The notes under the pieces are model-generated. The model was not told the origin of the DNA. It did not search any database and was given only the letters and a program-made list of their open reading frames with translations. Positions 1-10,261 of a DNA stretch of 64,000 nt are shown here, piece by piece (the first letter of the stretch is position 1; every line of letters starts with the position of its first letter). The stretch is taken from positions 1,792,001 through 1,856,000 of the forward strand of contig CBDCJH010000002.1 in the NCBI GenBank assembly GCA_965217775.1, given 5' to 3'. The stretch comes from Acidobacteriota bacterium (GTDB lineage Bacteria; Acidobacteriota; UBA6911; RPQK01; JAJDTT01). The translations under genes and the position numbers were made by a program.

Positions 1-49
1 TATAGATTCTATTACTGATGCATTCCGCAGGAGCCGGTTTCAAAATCCC

Positions 50-1306
50 ATGACCGAACCTACCCTGGAAGAGACGGCTCAGAGGATCTTTGGAACCGAA
101 GATCCGTCCGCAGTCGCCCATTGGGTCGAGTACTGGAATCAGGGGCGCGAGCGCAACACCGAGCTGCTCACGGCCTTCGAGGAGGTGTTTCTCCTGGACC
201 TCGGCAAGCGGTGGGCCCTGGACGCCGGCTGCGGCGTCGGCAGCATGGGAGAGGTCCTCGGAGAGCGTTGCGGTCACTACGTCGGCGTGGATCTGAATCA
301 CCACGTCCTCCGGTTCTCGGCCCCGGCGGCCCGGAGATCGTACGTTCAAACCAGCGGTCTGTCGCTCCCCTTCGTGGAGCGCTCATTCGATTGCATCTTC
401 GCGTTCGACGTCCTGGAGCATCTCCCGGGGGGATTCCCGGACCAGGTTCGTTTCCTGACCGAGTTGCGGCGCGTCCTCAGACCCATGGGGACCATTCTCT
501 TCACGACTCCCAACTTCTGGTATCCCTACGACGCCCATTCCCGCAGCTACTTCGCGCATTATCTTCCGGTGCGGCTGGCCGACTGGATCCATCGGCGCCG
601 CCATCCTGCTTTCCTGAAGGAGCACGGTTCGACCGCCGACATTCCCCTGCTCACGCCTCGCCGTCTCCGGAAGTGTGTCGGCGCCAGCGGCCTCGCCCTC
701 TTGCACGAGCTGCCCTGCTGCCTGGATCGGGATCAACTGTCCCAGCTCTCACCGCTGAAATCCATCCCCGCCTATCTGGGCTTGGGATGGTACCCCCATG
801 CCGAGTTCTGGGGCATCCTCTGCCGTCCCGACGCCCGCTCCGGACTGCGTCTGAAGCTCAAGACCCGGCTGGTTCAGTTGGACGGGGACTCTTCCCAGGT
901 GGTGTGGCAGGACTTCGAATCGAGGATCGACTTCGCGCGGAAATCCTTTTCCCATCAGTTGGACCGGGGCTGGTACGCCCACGAGCCAGGCCCCCCGGGT
1001 TATCGGTGGATCGCGAGGGAAGCCGTCTGCTATCTCCAGCTCGGCGGACCCGTCTCGCGCCTCCGCATTCGAGGCTTCAGTCCTCAGGGGAATCGCATCC
1101 GATTCTGGGTCGACGAGATTTGCGTGGGCGAACATCCGATGCGCCCGAAAAGCAGATTCGATCTCACTTTTTTCCTTCCTTTCACACCACCTGAGGACAG
1201 AATGGTAAGGGTTCTTCTCAACTGCGACCGGACCTATCGTCTGGAACAATCAGACGATAGGAGGGACCTGGGAGCCGTCGTCTCGTCCCTGGAACTGTTG
1301 CCATGA
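50..1306 (+). CDS. Class I SAM-dependent methyltransferase with C-terminal beta-rich domain
   Basis: ALDAGCGVG motif I, VGVD, FDVLEHL and LRRVLRPMG motifs. Confidence 0.85.
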   Translation: MTEPTLEETAQRIFGTEDPSAVAHWVEYWNQGRERNTELLTAFEEVFLLDLGKRWALDAGCGVGSMGEVLGERCGHYVGVDLNHHVLRFSAPAARRSYVQTSGLSLPFVERSFDCIFAFDVLEHLPGGFPDQVRFLTELRRVLRPMGTILFTTPNFWYPYDAHSRSYFAHYLPVRLADWIHRRRHPAFLKEHGSTADIPLLTPRRLRKCVGASGLALLHELPCCLDRDQLSQLSPLKSIPAYLGLGWYPHAEFWGILCRPDARSGLRLKLKTRLVQLDGDSSQVVWQDFESRIDFARKSFSHQLDRGWYAHEPGPPGYRWIAREAVCYLQLGGPVSRLRIRGFSPQGNRIRFWVDEICVGEHPMRPKSRFDLTFFLPFTPPEDRMVRVLLNCDRTYRLEQSDDRRDLGAVVSSLELLP

Positions 1307-3609
1307 TCGTCAAGTTCCTCTTGTGGCTGGGCCTGTTGCCCATGCAGTTGGGGTTGGGCCTGCTGCTGATCCTCACGGATCTGGCGCGCCATCTGGGGCT
1401 GAGATCGGTCAGGCGCCCGGGACAGACGGACCCATCGCCGGGCTCCGGAGACTGCTCCATCGTCGTGCTCAACCACAACGGAAAGGCATTGCTGCAGGAG
1501 AGTCTTCCCGCTCTGGAACGAGCCGTGGCCTACACGGAGAAACCTCATGAGGTGATCCTGGTGGACAACGGAAGTTCGGATGGCAGCGTCTCCTGGGTCA
1601 GGAATCATCTGCCCCGAATCCGCATCCTGGAGCTGGACTCCAATTTGGGGTTCGGTGAAGGCAACAACCAAGGGGTTTCCCTGGCACAGCACGAAATCGT
1701 GGTTCTCCTGAACAACGACATGGTGGTCGAAGAGGATTTCCTTCAGCCTCTGCTGGAACCGTTTTCCGACGAGCAGGTGTTCGCCGTTTCCAGCCAGATC
1801 CACTTCCCGCCGGAAAAACGGCGGGAAGAAACGGGAAACACCCAGGCCCGGATGCTCCGGGGTTTCCTCCATCTGTCCCATGAGCCGCTGAAAAAATCCC
1901 ACCGGACCCGGAAAACCCTTCCGGTCTTCTGGGCGGGCGGGGGCTCCTCGGCGTTCCGCCGCTCCCGGTTTCTGGAACTGGGCGGATTCTCCCGAATCTT
2001 CTCTCCCGCCTATCTGGAAGACACGGACCTGAGCTATCGGGCCTGGCGGCGGGGCTGGACCGTTCTCTTGGCGGCCGAGAGCCGGGTCCTCCACCGCCAC
2101 CGGAGCACCAGTTCCCGGCTCTACTCACCCGCGTTTCTGACGCGACTCCTGGGTGAGCGGAAACTGTGGTACCTGTGGAAGAACTTCCAGCTCCGGACCC
2201 TCCTGCCCCATATCCTGCTCTATCCCTGGCATCTGGGAAAAGAGTTGAGCCCGGGAGAGTATCTCCGGGCTTTAAGACGGCTTCCGGACATCCTGAGGCT
2301 CCGTTGGCGCGAACCGCCCCGGCGGCAATCGGACCGCGCCCTCATGGACGCTTGCCGAAGACCCTTGACCTACGTGCATCGGAGGGTCGAACGCTCCGCC
2401 CGGTCCGACTCGCCTCCGGACTTTCTCAAGGTACTGGTGGTCAGCGCCTATCTCCCGGTTCTGGGACGCCACGGAGGAGCCGGCCGCGTCTTCCAGTTCC
2501 TCAGCCGCGTCTCGGCACGGCACCGGATTCATCTGATCTCGTTCGTGGAGAGTGATGACGAGTCCGAGGGCGTCGATCGCCTGCGCCCCTATTGCACGAG
2601 GTTGGAGTTGGTTCCCCGGAGAGATTTCGAGCCGGTCTCCCCCTATCCCTATGAACCCTTCGAGGAATTCAACTGCCCCGATTTCCGCCGCCGATTCGAA
2701 ATGGTTCTGGAAGAGGAGGAATTCGACCTGGTTCACTACGAGTGGCCCCAGATGGCCCAGTACGACGATCTGGTTCCGGTCCGCGTGCCCAGGATCCTCA
2801 CGGAGATGGAAGTCAACTATGCCGCCCACTACAGCCGCGTTCGCCTGGCCGCCAATTTCTTTTCCAGAGTCAAGAGACATTACGATACGCTGCAGACCCT
2901 TTTCCGGGAGGTGGGGCTGTGCCGCCGCATGGACCAAGTGGTTTGCGTCACTTCCGTCGACCGCACCTACCTGGAAGGATTCTTGCCGGGAGCGAGACTG
3001 AAGATCTTGCCCACGGGCGTCGATACCTCCTACTTCATTCCCGGGAATGGCATAGTCGAGCCCAACAGCGTTCTCTACGTCGGCGCCTTTCGACATGAAC
3101 CGAACGTGGACGCCATGCTGTTTTTCGTCAGCCAGGTTCTGCCACTGCTGCTGGAGGAAATTCGGGAGACACACCTCTATATCGTAGGGTCCTCTCCCAC
3201 ACCGGAGATCCTGGCCATGGACGACCACCCGGCCATCACCGTCACCGGATTCGTGCCCGACCTGAGGGAATATTATGCCCGCGCCCAGGTCGTGGCGGTT
3301 CCCGTTCGTACCGGGGTCGGGATACGAGGCAAGGTCCTCGAAGCCTGGGCCTGCGGCAAGCCGGTCGTGGGGACTCCACTCGCCTTCCAGGGAATTCGCG
3401 CCGTCCACGGGCGGAACGCCCTCGTTGCCGAGAACCCCAAGGAGTTCGCCCTTTGGATCTCGGCTCTGATGAGGAACCCGGCATTCACGGCTCATTTGGC
3501 GGAATCAGGCCGCCGCACCGTGACCGAACACTACGATTGGGAACCAATGGCTGAACGTCTGGCAGACCTCTACGAGGAAACTGCGCGATTCAAGAGGAGT
3601 GGGAACTGA
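1303..3609 (+). CDS. GT2-GT4 bifunctional glycosyltransferase
   Basis: N-half VILVDNGSSDGS, NLGF, LLNND, EDTDL; C-half GIRGKVLEAWACGKPVV; ATGA overlap with the upstream gene. Confidence 0.9.
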   Translation: MIVKFLLWLGLLPMQLGLGLLLILTDLARHLGLRSVRRPGQTDPSPGSGDCSIVVLNHNGKALLQESLPALERAVAYTEKPHEVILVDNGSSDGSVSWVRNHLPRIRILELDSNLGFGEGNNQGVSLAQHEIVVLLNNDMVVEEDFLQPLLEPFSDEQVFAVSSQIHFPPEKRREETGNTQARMLRGFLHLSHEPLKKSHRTRKTLPVFWAGGGSSAFRRSRFLELGGFSRIFSPAYLEDTDLSYRAWRRGWTVLLAAESRVLHRHRSTSSRLYSPAFLTRLLGERKLWYLWKNFQLRTLLPHILLYPWHLGKELSPGEYLRALRRLPDILRLRWREPPRRQSDRALMDACRRPLTYVHRRVERSARSDSPPDFLKVLVVSAYLPVLGRHGGAGRVFQFLSRVSARHRIHLISFVESDDESEGVDRLRPYCTRLELVPRRDFEPVSPYPYEPFEEFNCPDFRRRFEMVLEEEEFDLVHYEWPQMAQYDDLVPVRVPRILTEMEVNYAAHYSRVRLAANFFSRVKRHYDTLQTLFREVGLCRRMDQVVCVTSVDRTYLEGFLPGARLKILPTGVDTSYFIPGNGIVEPNSVLYVGAFRHEPNVDAMLFFVSQVLPLLLEEIRETHLYIVGSSPTPEILAMDDHPAITVTGFVPDLREYYARAQVVAVPVRTGVGIRGKVLEAWACGKPVVGTPLAFQGIRAVHGRNALVAENPKEFALWISALMRNPAFTAHLAESGRRTVTEHYDWEPMAERLADLYEETARFKRSGN

Positions 3610-3656
3610 GAGGGACGATACCGGAAGCAGGCGGAGACCGGGTTCGCCACTGCCTC

Positions 3657-4049
3657 CTAATTGAAGGGGTCAGGAGAGGAATGGAAGTGAGTGAGTTTCC
3701 ATTCTCCGTTCGCCCGCTGATAAATCTCGGTCCAACGGCCCGTCTCCCGCTGCAGCCGTCCCTTGGCCTGATAGGCCATCAGATACTGGGAAGTGATCCA
3801 TCCGACGTCACCGCTGAACTCGATCTGGATGTTGTCCGTAAGTATCGTTATGTCGTGGACCCGACTGAAGTATTGATGGAGCGTATTCTCGAAGGTCTTG
3901 AAATCGGAGAAGCGGGGAGGCGGCACCTTCTCGAATACCACCGCCTGTTCCGCATAGACGCCCCTCAACGTCAGCATGTCCTTCTGCTGCCAGCCGCTGA
4001 CATGCTGCCGATGCATATTCAATAAAAGTTCTCTTGGGTTATTGCGCAT
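3657..4049 (-). CDS. NTF2/SnoaL-like (DUF4440) protein
   Basis: C-terminal GRWTEIYQRANGEWKLTHFHSS pattern. Confidence 0.75.
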   Translation of the reverse strand: MRNNPRELLLNMHRQHVSGWQQKDMLTLRGVYAEQAVVFEKVPPPRFSDFKTFENTLHQYFSRVHDITILTDNIQIEFSGDVGWITSQYLMAYQAKGRLQRETGRWTEIYQRANGEWKLTHFHSSPDPFN

Positions 4050-4136
4050 AATTTGCTGGGGATAATACCATAATTTCTGACTTATGCCTAGTTTCCGGGC
4101 GCCGGCGCGCCCGCGGACCTTGTTTTTTGGGCAATC

Positions 4137-5243
4137 TCACCGGATAGAAGTCAGATCGGCCTCCAGCGCTTCCAGCACTCTTGCGGTCATGGCCCGTGTC
4201 CCGATGGCTCCCTCGCCGGCCGCCACCAGATCGGCCGTCCGGTGGCCCTGCAGCAGGCATGTCTCCACCGCCGCATCGATCCGGCGGGCGATGTCCTCCC
4301 GTCCCAGGGAATAACGAAACATCAGCGCCACACTGGAGATGGCGGCGAGGGGGTTCGCCTGCCCCCGTCCGGCGATGTCCGGCGCCGTTCCATGGACCGG
4401 TTCGTAGAGCCCCTTCCGGACACCCTCGGCCGGAGCTCCCAGACTGGCGGACGGCAACAGACCGATGGACCCGGCCAGCACGGCCGCCTCATCACTGAGG
4501 ATGTCCCCGAACAAGTTGGTGGACAGGAGCACGTCGAAATGCCGGGGCCGCGAGATCAACTGCATGGAGCAGTTGTCCACCAGCATGTGCTCCAATTCCA
4601 CGCCGGGGTATTCCGGTGCGACCTCCTCCACCACCGTACGCCAGAGCAGTGAGCTCTCCATGACGTTGGATTTGTCCACGCTGGTGACCAGGCGACTCCG
4701 TTCTCCGGCCAATTGGAAGGCGACCCGGGCGATCCGTTCGATCTCGTAGTCGTGGTAGATCTCCATGTTGTAGGCGCACCTGACGCCGGAACGCCGCTCG
4801 GCGCCCCGAGGTTCGCCGAAATAGATCCCGCCCGTGAGCTCTCGAACGATCATTATGTCGACGTTTTCGATGATGGATTTCTTGAATGGCGAAGTATCCA
4901 ACAGAGACGGATGGGTCTTTACGGGGCGAAGATTGGTGAACAGCCCCAACTCCTTGCGCAGTCGAAGCAGGGCCTGTTCGGGGCGCATCGGGGCGGGATT
5001 GGAGTCGAACCGGGAATCCCCCGCGGCCCCGACCAGTACGGCGTCCGCTTCTCTGCAGGCAGCGAGAACGAAATCAGGCAGGGGGTCGCCGTAGCGCTCC
5101 AAGGCGGTGCCTCCGGCCGGGAAGGTCCGAACCTCCAGTTCGAGTCCGTGGTGCCGTGCGCACCACTTCAGCACCTCGACGGCCGCAGCGATCACCTCCG
5201 GACCGATACCGTCCCCCGGCAGCACAGCGATCACGTGGGTCAT
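4137..5243 (-). CDS. leuB: 3-isopropylmalate dehydrogenase
   Basis: LPGDGIGPEV, RELTGGIYFG, NLFGDILSDEAA, YEPVHGTAPDIAG. Confidence 0.95.
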   Translation of the reverse strand: MTHVIAVLPGDGIGPEVIAAAVEVLKWCARHHGLELEVRTFPAGGTALERYGDPLPDFVLAACREADAVLVGAAGDSRFDSNPAPMRPEQALLRLRKELGLFTNLRPVKTHPSLLDTSPFKKSIIENVDIMIVRELTGGIYFGEPRGAERRSGVRCAYNMEIYHDYEIERIARVAFQLAGERSRLVTSVDKSNVMESSLLWRTVVEEVAPEYPGVELEHMLVDNCSMQLISRPRHFDVLLSTNLFGDILSDEAAVLAGSIGLLPSASLGAPAEGVRKGLYEPVHGTAPDIAGRGQANPLAAISSVALMFRYSLGREDIARRIDAAVETCLLQGHRTADLVAAGEGAIGTRAMTARVLEALEADLTSIR

Positions 5244-5290
5244 GGTTCATCCTCTCCCGCCGGCTCCTCCGGAACGAAGGGAGACTACCA

Positions 5291-5536
5291 TAGCCCGCAT
5301 TTCTCACCAGGTCGCTACGCGTATGATGAAAAATAATCTGTTTTTGAGCATTTACGCGGAATTTTCCAAGATTTCTCCGGGACAGACTGCGCTGGGCGCG
5401 CGCTCGCTGGTCTTTTCGCCCTCAGCGCGTACATGCTCCCTCAAACGTAGTCACCACTATGCTCTCGGTCGCGAGCACGCGCTGAGAGCGAAAATCCTGC
5501 GCGATCGTCACGCCCCCTGATGAGAAATGCGGGATA
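5291..5536. mobile_element. MITE family A, full-length copy 1
   Basis: Terminal inverted repeat CCCGCATTTCTCA...TGAGAAATGCGGG flanked by TA; near-identical copy at 49411-49656. Confidence 0.9.
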
Positions 5537-5667
5537 GCCCCCTCCACCAGCGTCCCGGCAGGCCGACTCCCTTCCGGCGGGTGCTATACTGTGGCGTCTC
5601 CGGCCGGATTTCGCGCTTCGGCCGGCATCGTTTCGGCAAGAAAGTCGGAGTTGGACAGACCAGAATC

Positions 5668-6342
5668 ATGGCGGCCAAGTCGACACCGGTGATCAGCCGA
5701 GCAATGGAAGATTACCTCAAGGCCATCTACCAGTTGGCCGCCGGAGACTCGCCGGTCACGACCTCCAGGGTCGCCGCCGCCATGTCTTGCCGGCCGGCCA
5801 GCGTGACCAACATGGTCCAGCGGCTTTCCGACCTCAAGCTGGTGGAATACCAGCGCTACAAGGGAGTCCGTCCGACCCCGGCCGGAATCCGGATCGCACT
5901 CGAGATCATCCGGCATCACCGGCTGCTGGAGCTGTACCTGTCCGAGGTTCTGGGTTACACCTGGGACAAGGTGCACGAGGAAGCGGAAGTCCTGGAGCAC
6001 GTCATCTCCGAGGAGTTCGAGGAAAAGATCGATCAGGCTCTGGGATACCCCAGTAAGGACCCCCACGGCGATCCCATTCCCACCAAGAAAGGCGAGATCG
6101 ACCCGGAACGGCTGGCGAGACTCTGGGATATGGTCGCCGGACAGGAAACCCGGGTGCGGAGGGTCAGCGACAGAGACCCCAATGTCCTGCGCCATCTGGC
6201 CTCCATCGGCATCTTCCCCGACGTCAAGCTGGATCTGGTGAGGCGGGACCCCTTCAACGGACCCGTCTATGTCCGGGTCAATGGAGTCGAGCACGGACTC
6301 AGCGAGGAGCTGGCGCGCCAGATCTTCGTCAGCCTGCCATGA
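5668..6342 (+). CDS. mntR: DtxR/MntR metal-dependent repressor with FeoA domain
   Basis: EDYLKAIY, RHHRLLELYL, EAEVLEHVIS, DPHGDPIP; start set at ATG 5668. Confidence 0.9.
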   Translation: MAAKSTPVISRAMEDYLKAIYQLAAGDSPVTTSRVAAAMSCRPASVTNMVQRLSDLKLVEYQRYKGVRPTPAGIRIALEIIRHHRLLELYLSEVLGYTWDKVHEEAEVLEHVISEEFEEKIDQALGYPSKDPHGDPIPTKKGEIDPERLARLWDMVAGQETRVRRVSDRDPNVLRHLASIGIFPDVKLDLVRRDPFNGPVYVRVNGVEHGLSEELARQIFVSLP

Positions 6343-7898
6343 GGGTGCCGCTCACTCCCTTGCGGTTTCTGTACCGGGCCAGGGACCAATTCGGGGCCAA
6401 GGTCGGCATCGTCGACGGCGGGCGAAGCTGGACCTACCGAGATTTTTCCCGGCGCTGTCATCGATTCGCCGCCATCCTCTCGCCCTGGCGGCTTCCCGCC
6501 GGCTCCCGGGTGGCTCTACTCTCCTACAACCAGCACCCGCTGCTGGAGGCCTATTACGGAGTCCCCCTGGCCGGCTGTATCCTCCTTCCTCTGAATACCC
6601 GGCTCCGGGCCGGCGACTTCCGCCACATCCTGAACCACGCGGAAGCTCGGGTCCTCATATTCCATCCGGACTTTCTCCCCATCGTCGAGGAGATTCGTCA
6701 AGATCTCCACAGCGTCCGGCGCTTCCTGGTTCTGGAGCCCGGTCCCTCCCGCGACTGGATCGAACCGGTCTCCTACGCGGACCTGATGGAGACCGGCGAG
6801 AGCGCGCCGGACCGGGATATCGCCGAGGTCGACGAGGAGGACGTCGCCGAGTTGTTCTATACCTCCGGCACCACGGCTCTTCCCAAGGGCGTCATGCTCA
6901 CCCATCGCAACCTCTACCTTCACGCCCTGGAGGTGTCCCTGGCGCTGGGGATCCGGGAAGAGGACACCCAACTGCACACCATCCCCCTGTTCCACGTCAA
7001 CGGTTGGGGAACGCCCCAGTTCCTGACCTGTCTGGGAGGGCGCCACGTCCTCATGAAACGCTTCCATCCCGGAGACGCGTTTCGGCTGATCCAGGAACAC
7101 GGCGTCACCTTCTTTTTTCTGGTTCCGACCATGGCCAATGCGCTCCTGAACCATTCCGAACGGAATCGATTCGACACCTCCTCGGTCCGGTTGATCAATC
7201 TGGGCGGTGCCGCCGCCAATCCCGGACTCGTGGAGCAATTGGAGAAAGCCTTCGATTGCCGGTGTGTCGCCGGCTACGGTCTCACGGAATGTTCGCCCGT
7301 GGTGACGCTTTCGTTTCCAAAGAGCCATCTTGCGGCCCGGGGCGAGCGCCGCCTGGCCCTCCAGTCCATGACCGGCTATCCCATCCCCGGCGTGGAGCTG
7401 GCGTTGCTGGACCAGCAGGGTCGTTCCCTTCCCTGGAACGGCAGCGATCTGGGGGAGATCGCAATCCGGGGAGATGGTGTCATGAAGGGCTATTGGGGAC
7501 AGACGGAGAAGGAGGCGACGGCCGGGAACTGGTTGCGGACCGGCGATCTGGCCACCATCGACCCGGACGGCTACGTTCAGATCGTCGATCGCAAGAAGGA
7601 CATCATCGTCAGCGGCGGCGAGAATATCTCCAGTCTGGAGGTGGAGAGGACGCTTCTTACCCATCCCGGCGTCCTGGAGTGCGCCGTGATTCCGGTTCCC
7701 GACGCACACTGGGGAGAGATCCCCAAGGCGGTGGTCGTGCCCAGAACTCCGGGCCGCGTCACCGGGAAGGAACTCGTCTCCTACTGCCGGCGCCGCCTCG
7801 CCTCATTCAAGGTGCCCCGGATCGTCGAACTCGTGTCCGACCTGCCCAAGGGCGGAACCGGCAAGATTCTGAAGCGGGAGCTCAGGAAGCGGGGCTGA
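6339..7898 (+). CDS. Acyl-CoA synthetase (AMP-forming)
   Basis: FYTSGTTALPKGV, GYGLTE, RTGD, DRKKDIIVSGGENISSLEVE. Confidence 0.92.
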   Translation: MRVPLTPLRFLYRARDQFGAKVGIVDGGRSWTYRDFSRRCHRFAAILSPWRLPAGSRVALLSYNQHPLLEAYYGVPLAGCILLPLNTRLRAGDFRHILNHAEARVLIFHPDFLPIVEEIRQDLHSVRRFLVLEPGPSRDWIEPVSYADLMETGESAPDRDIAEVDEEDVAELFYTSGTTALPKGVMLTHRNLYLHALEVSLALGIREEDTQLHTIPLFHVNGWGTPQFLTCLGGRHVLMKRFHPGDAFRLIQEHGVTFFFLVPTMANALLNHSERNRFDTSSVRLINLGGAAANPGLVEQLEKAFDCRCVAGYGLTECSPVVTLSFPKSHLAARGERRLALQSMTGYPIPGVELALLDQQGRSLPWNGSDLGEIAIRGDGVMKGYWGQTEKEATAGNWLRTGDLATIDPDGYVQIVDRKKDIIVSGGENISSLEVERTLLTHPGVLECAVIPVPDAHWGEIPKAVVVPRTPGRVTGKELVSYCRRRLASFKVPRIVELVSDLPKGGTGKILKRELRKRG

Positions 7899-7942
7899 AA
7901 CCGCCTGTCCCAAACTGCGAGACGTTCGGTCGGACGCACCTC

Positions 7943-8866
7943 TCAGCCCGAATGGGCCAGATTCTCCAGATACTTCTCGGCGTCGATGGCCGCCCGGCAA
8001 CCCGCCCCGGCGGCGGTGACGGCCTGCCGGTAGACATGGTCGTGAATGTCCCCGGCGGCAAAGACTCCCTCGACGCTGGTCCGGGAGCCGCCGTCGACGG
8101 AGATGTAGCCGCCGTGGGTCTTCACCTTGTCTCGAAAGGCCTGGGAGTTGGGCGTGTGACCGATGGCGACGAACACTCCTTCCATGGGGATCTGACTTTC
8201 CTCGCCGGTCTTCACGTTTCGGACCCGGATCGACTCCACCCGTTTCTTTCCCGGGTCCAGGATATCGGTCACGACCGTGTCCCAGAGGAATTTGATCTTG
8301 GGATGGTTCAGGGCGCGGGCCGCCATGATCTTGGACGCTCTCAGCTCGTCCCGCCGGTGGATGATGGTGACGCTGTCGGCAAATTTGGTGAGGAAGAGAG
8401 ATTCCTCCATGGCGCTGTCGCCCCCGCCGACCACGGCGACGCGCTGACCCCTGAAGAAGAAGCCGTCACAGGTCGCGCAGGTGGATACGCCGTAGCCGAT
8501 GAGCCGTTTTTCCGACTCCAGTCCCAGGAGCCGGGCCGACGCGCCCGAGGCGACGATCAAGGAGAGGGTCCGATAGGTGGCCTCTTCGGTTCGAACCGTG
8601 AAGGGATGGTTCAAATCCGTCTCGACCACCGTCTCCATCCGGTATTCGGCCCCGAAGCGCTGGGCCTGCTCCTTCATTCTCCGGACCAGGTCCGGACCAT
8701 CGATCCCATCGGGAAAGCCAGGGTAGTTCTCGACCAGAGTGGTCAGCGAGAGCTGCCCTCCCGGTTCGTGCCCTTCCAGCACCAGCGGAGACAAGTTGGC
8801 TCTGGCAGCATAGATGGCGGCCGTCGAACCGGCGCAGCCCGAACCCAGAATGATCACCTTGTACAC
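7943..8866 (-). CDS. trxB: Thioredoxin-disulfide reductase
   Basis: GSGCAG, CATCDG, VVGGGDSAMEES, YRQAVTAAG. Confidence 0.95.
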   Translation of the reverse strand: MYKVIILGSGCAGSTAAIYAARANLSPLVLEGHEPGGQLSLTTLVENYPGFPDGIDGPDLVRRMKEQAQRFGAEYRMETVVETDLNHPFTVRTEEATYRTLSLIVASGASARLLGLESEKRLIGYGVSTCATCDGFFFRGQRVAVVGGGDSAMEESLFLTKFADSVTIIHRRDELRASKIMAARALNHPKIKFLWDTVVTDILDPGKKRVESIRVRNVKTGEESQIPMEGVFVAIGHTPNSQAFRDKVKTHGGYISVDGGSRTSVEGVFAAGDIHDHVYRQAVTAAGAGCRAAIDAEKYLENLAHSG

Positions 8867-9078
8867 GGAATCGCCCCTCCCTCGCTCATCCGGCGAATTT
8901 GCTCATGTTCAGTTCCATACTCCCGCAGCCGTTTCCCGAATCGGGACACCCGCCTCGGAGCGGGGTACGATAAAGTAACGGATGGCGCCACGGCTTGGCA
9001 ACGGAGGGCCGGCGGCCGGCGGTTGTTCCGGCTGGCCCGACCGAGTTGGGCCAGGGACATTCAGGTAAGGCTGAAGCG

Positions 9079-10164
9079 ATGCTCGATCAGGATTGGATGG
9101 CTCCCCTGGACACGCTGATACAGAGCTTGACCGAACTGTCGGTCGAGCGAATCTCGTGGGCGCTGCTGATCGCGTTGATCGGACTCCTGTCGGGCCGTCT
9201 CGTCGACAAGGTGATCACCAAGCTACTCTACCGGTTGGCTCGGCGCACCGAGACCGAACTGGACGATCTCATCATCGAGCATCTCCACCGCCCCGTCATG
9301 CGGAGCACGGTTCTCCTCGGTTTCTACATTGCCCTTAAAGTGTCCGGCCTGCACGACCAGGTGGTGAATCTCCTGGCTCACTTGATCCAGACTATTGCCG
9401 TCCTGATCTGGCTGTTTGCGGCGATGCCCCTCGCCGGACTCGTCTTCCGATGGATGAGCCAACATCAAACCCGGTTTCGGGCGATCCAACCGGCGAGCCT
9501 TCCCCTGTTTTCCATCGGAAGCCAGGTCGCCCTCGTCAGCGCTGCGGTTTATGTGGGCATGCTGGCCTGGGAGATCGACATCGCGGCCTGGGTGGCTTCG
9601 GCTGGCATCCTGGGCCTCGCCGTCGGTTTTGCCGCGCGCGACACCCTGGCCAACCTCTTCGCGGGCGTTTCCATTCTTGCCGACGCCCCCTACAAGATCG
9701 GCGACTACATCGTGCTCATCGACGGGAACAAACGGGGCATGGTGACGCAGATCGGACTTCGCAGCACCCGCATCCTGACGCGTGACGACATCGAGATCAC
9801 GATTCCCAACGCCGCCATCGCCAATTCGACTCTCGTCAACGAGAGCGGTGGGCCCTCGATTCGCCAGCGAGTTCGCCTGCGGGTCTCCGTGGCCTATGGA
9901 TCGGACGTGGACCAGGTGCGCGACCTGCTCCTGGCCGTGGCTCAGGACGAACCCATGGTCCGCCCCGAACCCACGCCCAGCGTGCGGTTCCGCCAATTCG
10001 GCGACTCGGGATTGAACTTCGAGCTACTCTGCTGGATTGCGGAAGCGGAATTGAGGGGCAGGGCCGTCGACGCCCTCCACACCCGAGCCTACAAAGCCCT
10101 GGGCGACGCCGGCATCGAGATTCCGTTTCCCCAACGGGACGTTCATATCAGGCCGCCGGCGTGA
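9079..10164 (+). CDS. mscS: Small-conductance mechanosensitive channel
   Basis: TM helices, GLAVGFAARDTLANLFAG, IGLRST, IEIPFPQRDV. Confidence 0.9.
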   Translation: MLDQDWMAPLDTLIQSLTELSVERISWALLIALIGLLSGRLVDKVITKLLYRLARRTETELDDLIIEHLHRPVMRSTVLLGFYIALKVSGLHDQVVNLLAHLIQTIAVLIWLFAAMPLAGLVFRWMSQHQTRFRAIQPASLPLFSIGSQVALVSAAVYVGMLAWEIDIAAWVASAGILGLAVGFAARDTLANLFAGVSILADAPYKIGDYIVLIDGNKRGMVTQIGLRSTRILTRDDIEITIPNAAIANSTLVNESGGPSIRQRVRLRVSVAYGSDVDQVRDLLLAVAQDEPMVRPEPTPSVRFRQFGDSGLNFELLCWIAEAELRGRAVDALHTRAYKALGDAGIEIPFPQRDVHIRPPA

Positions 10165-10210
10165 AAGCCTCCGGGACCTCGGCATCGCCGTCAGCGGCCT
10201 GCTCTGGTTC

Positions 10211-10245
10211 GGACCGAAGCGGGCGCCCACAAGGGGCGCCCCGAC
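10211..10245. repeat. REP-like palindrome GGGCGCCCACAAGGGGCGCCCC
   Basis: Hairpin between convergent genes; near-identical at 54466-54500, variant at about 17267-17290. Confidence 0.7.
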
Positions 10246-10261
10246 TGTCGAGTCCTGCGGG

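Noticed and set aside
4042-4092. dif/Xer site
   Set aside because: TGCGCATAA has no XerD arm at 6-bp spacing; the CATAA-N8-TTATG alternative matches both arms poorly.
6269-9118. Long alternative ORFs (949 aa here; also 12374-14587 and 57226-59037)
   Set aside because: Off-frame or antisense shadows of well-supported genes in GC-rich DNA.
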